Of a stretch of DNA of 42,960 nt, positions 11,117 to 21,975 are shown in pieces. The notes below the pieces were generated by a model. That model was not told where the DNA came from, did no database searches, and saw only the letters and a program-made list of their open reading frames with translations. The stretch comes from Jimgerdemannia flammicorona (lineage: Eukaryota): the NCBI GenBank assembly GCA_003990765.1, contig RBNJ01000082.1:1-42960 (forward strand), given 5' to 3'. A program made the position numbers and the translations under genes. Within the stretch, counting starts at the first letter, position 1; the number at the start of each line of letters is the position of its first letter.

Positions 11117-13254
11117 TGAACAATCCTCACAATAACTACCCTGACTACAAGAGTCACCTCTGCAAGAATTCAAGATAAGATGGAAATATGCCCCCCCATA
11201 TTCTATGGATATACTACTGAAGAGTCAATTCTAACCTTCATTGAAGACTTTGAACAATTCACCACCATACGAGCCCTTGGTGTGGATGCTCAATTGGCCC
11301 TTCTACTAGTCAGCCTTAGAGGACCTGCTAGAGACAAGTTCAATGCAGCCACCATTACTGATGCTGGTGCAGCCAAACTTACCAACATGAAGGTCTTCCT
11401 CAGAACAACATATTATACCAAAGAGATCAAGCAAGCTCTCAAGGATCAACTCAATACTATCTGCCAGGAACTTAGTGAAGATCCCAACTCATTCTATACC
11501 CAAATTTACTACTAGATTGTCTTGGCTGGCTATGATGACTGCCTCAAGGAACAAATAGCAGATTCAACCTTCCTCAAAGGAGTTCACCCTGAAATTGCCC
11601 TAGCAATCCAGTCTACCCCAGCTATACTGACCCTTGATCAGAAAGTGGTCTTTGCACAGAGATATTGGACTGCCAGACACTCTGCCAAACACTCAATGGA
11701 GAAAATAACTGGCATCAAGATGGAGCCATCAAAGCCAACTAGTATCTTACCTGCCACAGTCATAAACAGACAATCAACCCCACCTACTCCCAAGATAGCC
11801 AAAGCTGACCCAGTGAAGGAACTCACCAAGCAGTTCACCGAGATGACTACACACCTTAGTGATGTTGTTAGAGAAGTCTGAAGTGCCAACAGGAGACCAG
11901 TACAGAGATTTGCAGCTGCTATAGAAGAATGTAATATTACATACTTCAGATGTAGAAAGAAGGCCACTATGCAAAGAGTTACATGACTGAAACAAGATGC
12001 AAAGCCCAACCAAGCAATGCTAGCAGAACCAGAGAACAAACTAATGCAGTAGTCATCAAGGAGATTGGTGATACTGATGATGAAGAATATTACAAGGAGC
12101 TCAAATTCAACTCTGCTACTGAAGGTACCAGAACCCAGTCCAAGCCTTATGACAAGAAGAGCAACAGCAAGCCAGTTAGAAGACCAAAGAAGACCCCAGC
12201 TATCACCATTCAAAGCAAGACTCAATCTGAAGAGATTGATCAAGATATAGAGTTAGACAAAGCTGCCCACCAAATCATAGAAGGAACTACTCCAGTCTCA
12301 GGAGAAAGCAAAAGCAAGAAGGAACAGAAGCTGTGCAAGACCAAGATCTACTAGTATAACATCTACAAGGACCTCAAGGAACAGAAGGTCAATGCCACTT
12401 TTAGACAGCTAGCTGAAGTCTCTGCCTTCAGACAGCAGTTGAGAGTAGGACTTGTAACTACTGCCAAGAATCAAGAGTACAAGATTGTAGAAGCTCACAA
12501 TGCACAAGAAGAATCCGAGAACTCAGGTGAAGAATCTGAAGACTAGTGCAAGACATCAGCCTATACCCCCTGCCAGATCGAAGACTGTATCTTTGATGCC
12601 ATCATTGATACTGGTGCTGGAGGATACCTCATGAGCAAGAAGGCAATTGACTGCCTAGGTTGGGACATTGAAGAGTCTACCAAGATGGTCTATGTTATAG
12701 CAGATGGTACACAAGCTACCCCTCTTGGCAAAATCTGAGAAGTCCCCATCAAGATAGAAGGAGTCACCATCTCAGTAGATGTGATTGTTACAAGTGCCAC
12801 CAACTATGACATCCTCATTGGCAACCAATGGCTTCACAAGGCCAAGGCCATCATTGACCTCAATGTCCAGAAGATGCAGATCAACTACAGAGGAAGAAAG
12901 GTATGAGTCTCTATCAATGTCCACAAAGGAGTCCTACCAGACATGGAGGAAGGAGATGAAGATACAGAGGTCTTCATGCACTTGGTGAACAAGAACAAGA
13001 GCAAGACACCCAAGCTCACAGATGAGCAGTGGTATAATAAGATCATTGATGGCTATGCCCCTCAAGAAAGATGCCCCCATGGTACTAGAATATACTGCTC
13101 CGAACACCTGAATGACTGCTGGTCCTGTATCAGTGAAGTCAGGAAAATCCACCAACAGAAACATAAGCAAGAAGCCACCAAAGCAAAAAGGAAAGCCAAA
13201 GAAGATGACCAGCCCCCAGAGCTTCAAGCTGACAGTGACGATGAGGAGGAATAA
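11117..13254 (+). pseudogene. A1 gag + aspartic protease
   Basis: PPIFYG...FIEDFE...SLRGPAR (Gag), decayed zinc knuckle at ~11940, AIIDTGAGG at ~12600, and YDILIGNQWL. Confidence 0.85.
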
Positions 13255-15200
13255 GAATCAGACATCACCCTTAAGGTCAAGAAGTTTCACCCTAAAGCCA
13301 AGATCCCAGAATATAAGACTGAAGGAGCCATAGGAATAGACCTTGCCAGTATTTAAGATGCTACTCTCGAACCACAGACCACCACCCTACTTGGCACTAG
13401 AATTGGAGTCAAGCTGTCAGAAAATCATGCTGGAATTATCAAGACCAGGAGCAGTCTGGCCAAAAGCGAAATCTCAGTTGAAGGAGGAGTAATTGACCTT
13501 GATTACACTGGCAAGATCTTCCTCATAGTTAGAAATTACAACCACACCACCCCCTTCGAAGTTAAGAAGTATGACAGGATTGGCCAGATGCTGATCAATG
13601 AAATCAAGAAGCCCAAGATCATAGAAGCCATCAAACTCATCAAGACCAAGAGAGGAGAATAAGGCTTTGGATCTACTGGAAGAGAAGCCTATGCTGCTAC
13701 CAAGATTACTGAACTTGAGTACAAGAAAGACAAGAACCAGAACAAGCACATATATACCATTGGAGAAAACTTCCCCTGGAGGAACAACTTCTCAAGATCC
13801 TGCACTAGAATGAAGAAGTACTTGCTACAGACTTTAGGGATATCTACAATCAAGAACCCAAGTACTACTATAAAGTTAACACCAGTGATACCAAGCCTAT
13901 CTACCAGAAAGCCAGACCCATACCACCTGCCTACAGAGAGTAGCTGTGAGCAGAACTCAAGAAAATAGAAGAAGCCAGAATCATCAAGCAAGCTATCAGT
14001 CCCTGGGCCTCACCCATTGTCCTAGCCCCGAAGAAAGAAAGCAAGCCTGGAGAGTTTGTGCCAAGACTCTGCATTAACTACAGAAAACTCAAAGCCATCA
14101 CCAAGAAGGATAGGCAGCCCTTGCCAAATATTCAAAAAATCCTTACTGCCCTTGGAAGTGAAGCCAAATACTACACCATCTTAGATCTGTTCTCAGGCTT
14201 CTACCAGATCAGTCTCACTCAAGATGCCAGTAAGAAATCAGCCTTCATCACACCTGACACCACCTATATCTATCTGCAAATGCCATTTGAAATATGCAAT
14301 GCCCCAGCAAGTTTCCAGTGAATGATGAACAGAGTCTTCAGCAATGAGATTGGAAAATGGCTCTTTATCTATATTGATGATGTGATTATCTTCAGCAATA
14401 CTGCACAGGAATATATCAATCACATACAGCTAGTCCTCAAGAGGCTCAAGGAGCATGGCCTCTACATCAAGCCCAAGAAATGCAAGTTTGCAGCTCAAGA
14501 AATTGCCTACCTAGGACACCTCATCAATCAGACTGAAATCCACACAGACCCCATGAAGATCAAGGCTGTTGCAGCCTACCCAAGACCCAGAACAACCACA
14601 GAAGTCCATGCCTTCCTTGGACTGGCCAGCTACTACAGAAGATTCATCAAAAGATACTCCAACATTGCAGCACCTATCTACGAGCTACTGAAGAAGGAGA
14701 CCAAATTCGAATGGACTAAGGAGTACCAAGAAATCTTCAATGAACTCAAGACCAGATTGACCCAAGCACCCATCCTCAGAAGACCAGACTGGAACCTAGA
14801 ATTCATTCTGCAGACAGATGCGAGTGCTATAGGACTTGGAGCAGTCTTAGCTCAGAAGAAAGATAGACATGAATATGTCATCTCCTATACAAGCCAAGGT
14901 ACCTACAGAGTAGAACAGAACTATGAGTCATGCAAGCTTGAATGCTTAGCAGTAGTTTGGACAGTAGACAAGTTCCACTACTACCTAGCCAAGAAATACT
15001 TCACCATTCAAACAGATCATTCTGCTCTTGCCTGGCTATTCCACACTCTAAACCCCAAAGGAATATATGCCAGATGGATCTACAGACTACAAGAGTATAT
15101 CTGTACTGTCAAGCACTACTCAGGAAAGACCAATACCAATGCCGATGCACTCTTAAGGATATCCCGAAACACTCTCATCAAGACTATTCAACATGAATAA
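13255..15200 (+). pseudogene. A1 dUTPase-reverse transcriptase-RNase H
   Basis: GIDLAS, RSSLA, GGVIDxDYTG and RGE*GFGSTG (dUTPase). RLCINYRKLK, LDLFSGFYQI and YIDD (RT). TDASAIGLGAVL, TDHSAL and NADAL (RH). Confidence 0.92.
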
Positions 15201-15486
15201 GGAGCTATACTATGGATTAATCAGCTATCTTAGGCAGTGGAAGATGTCCAACCACCTCAAACTCTGGACAATCACCATTATCAACCAAACTTGGAAACAG
15301 TTTGAATTAGACAACACTACACTCAGAAAAGGAGGAAAGCTAGTAATACCCGAACACAAGAAGTATCAAGTAATGAAGGAAGTATATGAGCAAGGACACT
15401 TAGGAGGAATCAACACATATAACAAGGTAAGAAGAACTATGTGGTGGTCCAAGATGGAAGAAGACCTGCACCAATTTGTCAAAGAG
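15193..15486 (+). pseudogene. A1 integrase N-terminal part (HHCC zinc finger, cut by B)
   Basis: MNKELYYGLISYL...GHLGGINTY...WWSKMEEDLHQFVKE, continuing as CDKCQK at 21503. Confidence 0.88.
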
Positions 15487-16214
15487 TGTAATGGTTCTAG
15501 TTTCTAAATAAGGAAGCAACTAATTCTGATATTCCTAAGTAACTCAAAGAGATACTAAGGATTCAAGTATTCTCAAAAGATTTCTGAGAGAAAATATTCT
15601 GAGACTTTATTCATGAGAACAAAGAGGATATTTATATAAGATCTGAAAGAAGGATCCAGAAGGATCTGAGAAATCAAAGGAAAATGCCAAGAGGAAAGTT
15701 CTCGGCAAAGATGACAAATGATGACAAATAAAGTTCTACAAGTTTCCAGGACATTCAGTGACTAACTAAATAAGTACTAGTTAATGCTCAGTGCTAAGAA
15801 AGGATTTCTAAGCATTTGGAAAGTACCAGAAGGTTGTAGAATATTGAAGAAAGACAAAGAAAAGGAATAAACTATACTAAAATGTTACATCTCCCCCTCC
15901 TTAAGAATCAATGTCCTCATTGAATTCTCAAAGTTACATACAATAAACAATAAGACTAAAAGAAACTTCAAATTAAATATACTGACTCATTGGCAAGGAT
16001 TGGCTATCCTTATACGTATAAGGTGAGGGCCAAAGTATCATCTTGATCAGATGAGAACTGGTTCGAACCTCATTAGTTGCAGGATTTATAGGGTTCTCCT
16101 GTATGTATCTCTTACTTCTGATACTGTATCCCTTAGAGAGCCCTGATATATAATGTGTCTGATCAGTACAGTAGGTCATCTACTATCCAAGGGGAGAACC
16201 TCATGGGTAGTCAA

Positions 16215-19040
16215 TGAGTTCCTTTTTGCTTGAACTCTTGGATGAGATCTTGGGAGTTTTTGAGATTGGTGGTAGGTTCCCAGGTGGTGTCATATTCAGA
16301 GTAACCCATCCACTTGACTAGGTATTCTGTGCGATGGTATCAGACTCATTTGTCTAAGATTTTCTCAACTTCATACTTGATGTGGTCTTCAACTATGACT
16401 GGTGCTGATGGTGTTGGAATTTGGCCAGGATATGGGGGTGACTGATTCCAGACCTTGAGTTGTGACATATGGAATACTGGGTATATATGCATAGTTGTTG
16501 GTAAGTTGAGACAGTAAGACCAAGTAGAGACTTGCTCAGTGATCTCGAAGGATCCAAGGTACTTGGGCTGGAATTTGGCTGACTGGCAGTTGACTTGAGA
16601 TTGAGCCTTGATATTGTTGGCTTTGAGTAGAACCATATTGCCAATGTTGTATATGACATCTTGCCGCTTCTTATCTATATACTTAGCTTGATATTTCTGA
16701 GCCTTTTGCAGGTTCATAGTGGCAATCTTGAGAAGGGAATCTATTTTGTTGATAAGGTTCTGGGCTGTGGGAACTTGTGTATAACTGGATTGCTGGAATT
16801 GGACTAGGCTTACAGGGGTCTCAGAGTTTTGACCATGAAGTAGCTGAAATGGGGAAAGACTAGTTGATGATTGGTTGGTATTGTTGTAGGCGAACTTGGT
16901 ATAGGTCAGATAGTGGTCCCAATCATCTTGCTCATAAGACACATAGTTTCTGAGTATTTGTTCAAGTATTCTGTTCATTCACTCTATCTGTCCATCAGTT
17001 TGAGGATGGAAGGTAGTGGATATAGCAATTTGGGTTCCAAGGGTCTTGAAGAATGCTTACCAGAAGTGACTTGTGAACTTGGGGTCATGGTCACTGATAA
17101 TTACTCAGAGAAGTCCATAATGGCAGAAGACAGTCTTGAAGAAGATTCTTGCAATTTCTGGAGCAGTGGCATTGGTTGTGGTTGGCTCAGCAATTGTAAT
17201 CTTGGTGAGATGGTCCACAAATACAACAATAGCATCATAGCCTGTTTTGGTTCATGGGAGTTGCACAATGAAGTCCATTGTAACTTGTTCGAACTTCTTG
17301 GTTGGAATTGACAAGGGTTGTAGAAGACTAGCAGGTACTTGGTTGCTTGACTTGTTTCTTTGGCAAAGATTGCAGCTTTGAACATACTCCTTGATTTCCT
17401 TGAGCATGTTTGGCCAGTAGTAGTCTCGTTGGATATTCTTGATGGTCTTCTCAGTTCCAAGGTGACTAGCTAGTGGGGAGTCATGATGTTCATGAAGAAT
17501 CTTGTACCATAGTTCAGAGTTAGCAAAAATATATACTTTGTCTTAATAGTACATGAGGTTGTTCTTGATGATGTACTTTTCCTTGAATTCCTTGGTGTTC
17601 CTTTGTAGAACCAGAGAGTCTTGTTTGTACACCTTCTTGATCTGGTTGAGGAATTCAGGTGCCACAGTGACTTGTAAAATCACAGCAAGGTCAGGTCTCC
17701 TTGAAAGTGCATCTGGTACAACTAAAGTTTTGCTGGACTTATAGATGATGTTTGGAGTAAAGGTCTGAAGTAGTTGACTCCACTTGGCTTGTTGGCAAGA
17801 AAGGGTTGGTTGAGCATTGATGTACTGAAGGGATCTGTGATTAGTGATCACATTGAACTCAACTCCTTCTAGATAGTATCGCCAGGTCTTGAGGGCATGC
17901 ATAATTGCCAGGAGTTCCTTTTCGTGAGTAGCCAGCTTTTGTTCTGCTGGGGATAATTTTCTTGACTCAAAGGCAATAGGTTGGTGTCCTTGACCATTAT
18001 CTTGAGAAATGACTGTACTAATGGCAAAGTTAGATGATCTGTAGTGACTGTGAACTTCAAGTTTAGGTCTATGTTTCTAAGGACAGGTACATGGGTCAGA
18101 CAGTTCTTGAGTTCTTGAAAGGCTTGTTGACAGAAAACATCCCAGATGTAGGGGACATAGAGGTTAGAGTTGGGTTCCTTTTGCAGGAGGTTTGTCAAAG
18201 ATTCTGCAATGTCAGAGAAGTTCTTGACAAATCGATGGTAGTATCTAGCCAGACCAAGGAAGGACCTGAGTTCAGTGAGGTTTGCTGGTACAGGCTACTG
18301 TTCAATGGCTTGTATTTTCCTTGGGTCTACTTGAATTCCTTTGGCTGATACAATGTGTCCAAGATATTCGACTTGATCCTTGAAAAATTCATATTTCTTG
18401 AGCTTTGTGTAGAGCTTGTTCTCGCAGAGGATCTTGAGGACTTGTTCAATGTGCTTGAGATGTTCTTCTTCAGTGCTACTGAAGATCAGGATGTCATCAA
18501 TATATACAAGTATGAAGATATAGAGCTGGTCCTTGAAGACAGTTTGTATGAGATCTTGAAAAGTTGCTGGTATATTGGTGAGACCAAAGGCCATGACTAG
18601 AAATTCGTAGAGTCCAAAGGGTGTTATGAAGGTAGTCTTGGGTATGTCTTCTGGCTTGATTTGGATTTGGTGATACCCAGAGGTGAGATCAATCTTGGTG
18701 AAGTACTTTGCATTCTTGAGAGCATCAAAGATTTGATCTATGAGTAGTAGCAGATAGTGGTTCTTGACTGTGATCTTGTTGAGTACTCGGTAGTCTATGT
18801 ACATTCACAGAGTATCATCCTTTTTCTTGACAAATAGGACTGGGGAGCCAAAGGATGACTTGCTTGGTTGGATGGCTCCTCACTCAATGAGTTTATTGAG
18901 TTCCTTCTTGACTGCTTCAATTTTGAGTGGAGACATACGGTACATTTTCTCCTTAGGTATAGCTGCATCAGGTACCAACTTGATCTCGTGGTCATGGTCT
19001 CTTGAAGGTGGTAGACCTGGTAGTTTGTCCAAGAAGACAT
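16215..19040 (-). pseudogene. B RT-RNase H-integrase-chromodomain
   Basis: IDLTSGYHQI, YIDD, DALSRRPD and KYLGSF (GPF/Y-like). Chromodomain YEVEKILDK*V*YHRTEYLVKWMGYSEYDTTWEP. Confidence 0.92.
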
Positions 19041-19259
19041 CCTTGTACTTATTCAGCAGTAACTTGACACTTTCACTAATTGATAGCTTCTTGTCTTCTT
19101 TCTTTGATCAGATCAGTACCACAAAGGCACAGGTAGCTTTCTTGAGAGCCTTCTTGAACTGAATTGCTGAGAGGGTAGCAATTGGGGTTCTTGTCTGAGT
19201 CTTGTCTGGCTTGATTGTAATATTGGCTCCATCCTGGATCAAGGTAACTTCATTCTTAG

Positions 19260-21027
19260 TCTAATTAATCTGAGGGTTGTGTCATGTAAGCTAGGGTTTG
19301 CCTAGGATCAGGTCATGGTCTCCTAGTAGTGCTACCTTGAAATCTAAATGTTCCCAGTACTTCTGAATCTTGAGGGGAAGTTTAGCAGCAATTGAGTCAA
19401 TTGGTAAGATGGTGCCATCTGCAGTGACAACTCCACTATTCTTGCTGGCTGGTTTGGTGAGAATTTTGAGCTTGTCAATGAGGTTCTTGTTGATGAAGTT
19501 CCCAACAGCTCCACTGTCTATGAGAACATCTAGTTCTTGTCCCTTGACTAGACCTTTGAAAATGAGCATTGAATTGGCTTGGTTCTTAGCTATGCTTGCA
19601 ACTTTGTCAGTGCTGCCAAAGCCTTTCTGATCTCACTTGGTTGAAGACAGCTTGGTGACTTCTTTGATGACTGGTAGGATAGCTTGCTCCAGAATGAGCT
19701 GTGCAATTCTGTCTCCTTCATTGATGATATATGGTTGGTTCTTGTGATTGACTAGCAGGACTTGCATTTCACCTTGGAAGTCAGAGTCAATGACTCCAGC
19801 ACCAATATCTAATGAGTGCTTGAAACTAAGGCCAGATCTTGATGCAATTCTTGCATAATGTTCCTTGGGAATTTCGACTGAAAGACCAGTTGGAATGAGC
19901 CTTCTTTCATGTGCCAGAATAGTGACTTGTTGTACTGCTTAAAGGTCTAAACCAATGGCTCCTTCTGACTGTGCTTGAGGGATCTGGGCCTTGGGGTTGA
20001 CTTGTATGAAATTGAGTACAACTTTTTGTTCAACTGGTTGACCTTGAGTGTCTTTGGACAGGACCAGAATCCTCTTTGGTTCAGCAGTTTTCTTGGGACA
20101 TTTAGTTGCAATGTGACCAGGCTGGCAGCAAAAGAAGCAGACTCCAGCCTTCTTGGGGCACTCCTTTTCCTCAGGTGTAAGTTTGCCTTTCTTGTTCTTA
20201 TTGATAGTATCTAGGTCCATGGGGGCAGGTCCAATAGTTCTGACTTTGGGTTCCTCTCTTCTGTGATTGTTACTGTGACCATAGGTGATGATATCAAATC
20301 TATCAGTAATTTTCATTACTGTATCTAGGTCCTTGGGTTCTTCTAGTTCAACATGAACTTGGGTTTGACCTTTCAGGCCTCAGATGTACTTGTCAACCTT
20401 CTCATCTTCAGTGATATGTGGTAATTCTAGCAGAATTGACAGGAATTGTGCATTGTATGCTTGTACAGACTTCAGTTGTTTGACATTTGCCAGATGGTCT
20501 CGCATGGCTTTGGTGCTGTTGACTGGTTTGAATTGGTCTTAAATAGCATCAGAGAATTTGCCCCAGGTCTTGATTTGGCCAGAGAATCTGGTATTCTGGA
20601 TATGATTTTGCCACCAGATTGCAGCATTCCCTTAGAGGAGTATGGCAATAAATTGGACTAGTGTTGCTTCTTTCAAATTGGTCAGTTCTCCATATTGCTC
20701 CAATTAGAAAAGCTAGGCATTGGTAGACAGTCTTCCTCTTTGACCATCAAAGGTATTGGGCTTCTGAGGCTTGATAGTGACTGCTGTCAGATATATTGAT
20801 ATTGATGGGGGTGTAGAGGTATGAGTGGGGGCCTTGCCTTCCTTTCTTTCTATGCATTCTTGAAGTTGTGCAATCTGAGCTAATGTGGTCTGCAAAAGAC
20901 TCTCAATGGCCCCATTCGACTGAGTAGGATTTTGCTGTTCCTCTTCTTCTTGCTGATTGTACTGATTGTATGAGGCATTACCTGGACCATAGGTACTATA
21001 TGAAGGGTTCCACCTGTTGTCCTCCAT
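19260..21027 (-). pseudogene. B gag-zinc knuckle-dUTPase-protease (knuckle to protease in one frame)
   Basis: KPQKPNTFDG, PAPMDLD and CFFCCQPGHIATKC, then GAIGLDL..RIASRSGL..GAGVIDSDFQGE..GDRIAQL..KGFGSTD, then LIDSGA. Confidence 0.9.
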
Positions 21028-21502
21028 AGTGTTGTGACTGATATCTTAAGAGGTGTCTTGATAAGGCTAGGTGTAACCACCCACTGCTACCAAGTGTAAC
21101 GGTTCTAGTTTCTAAATAAGGAAGTGACTAATTCTGATAGTCCTAAGTAACTTGAAGAGATACTAAGGATTCAAGTATTCTTGAAAAATTTCTGAGAGAA
21201 AATATTCTGAGACTTTATTCATGAGAACAAAGGGGATATTTATACAAGATCTGAAAGAAGGATCCAGAAGGATCTGAGAAATCAAAGGAAAATGCCAAGA
21301 GGAAAGTTCTTGGCAAAGATGACAAATGATGACAAATAAAGTTCTACAAGTTTCCAGGATATTCAGTGACTAACTAAATAAGTACTAGTTAATGCTCAGT
21401 ACCAAAAAAGGATTTCTAAGCATTCAGAAAGTATCAGAAGGTCATAGAATATTGAAGAAAGACAAAGAAAAGGAATAAACTATGCTAAAATGTTACAAAG
21501 GA

Positions 21503-21975
21503 TGTGATAAGTGCCAAAAACAGAAATAAGATCAGCAAGACCAGGCACCCAGGTCATCAAGAATTGAGCCTATCCCCTTCCACTACATTGCAATGGATAT
21601 CATTAGATCACTACCAGTAATACTATCAGAAAACCACTATATTATAGTTATTGTAGACCTCTTCACCAAATGGATAGAGGCAGGAGCATTACAAGAAGCC
21701 AATGCCCTCTCTATAGCCAACTTCCTATATCGAGAAATCATCTGCCACTACAAGACATCAAAGCAAATCACAACAGACCATGGAATGGAATTTGTCAATG
21801 GATTCCATAAGATAATGTATCAGAAATACAAGATCCAGCACATCAAGACCACTGCATACCACCCTCAAGGAAATGGATAGACAGAGAGAACCAACAAGAC
21901 CCTCAAGAACATCCTAGTGAAGATCTCAGAGACATATGAGAATTGGGATAACTATCTCCTAACTGCCCTCTCTGT
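21503..21975 (+). pseudogene. A1 integrase core, truncated
   Basis: CDKCQK, IAMDIIRSLP, VDLFTKWIEA, TDHGMEF and YHPQGNG. Confidence 0.9.

Larger units (their letters stand above)
15487..21497 (-). mobile_element. Full-length chromoviral Ty3/Gypsy element B (gag-dUTPase-PR-RT-RH-IN-chromodomain)
   Basis: 403-bp LTRs at 15487-15889 and 21095-21497 (TGTAA..TTACA). PBS TGGTAGCAG of tRNA-iMet type at ~21092-21084. PPT GGAGGGGGAGA at 15900-15890. Imperfect 5-bp TSD AAGAG/AAGGA. Confidence 0.95.
9501..21975 (+). mobile_element. Ty3/Gypsy LTR retrotransposon A1 (5' LTR-gag-PR-dUTPase-RT-RH-IN), interrupted by B and truncated within the integrase
   Basis: Collinear with A2 in reverse orientation. 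Homology stops at ~21975. Lies immediately after a (TA)n tract. Confidence 0.93.

Noticed and set aside
11638-12243. 201-aa minus-strand ORF and similar antisense ORFs (16871-17311, 27165-27521, 32932-33297)
   Set aside because: Shadows of gag/pol or the LTR ORF, with no motifs. The equivalent A2 region is not open end to end.
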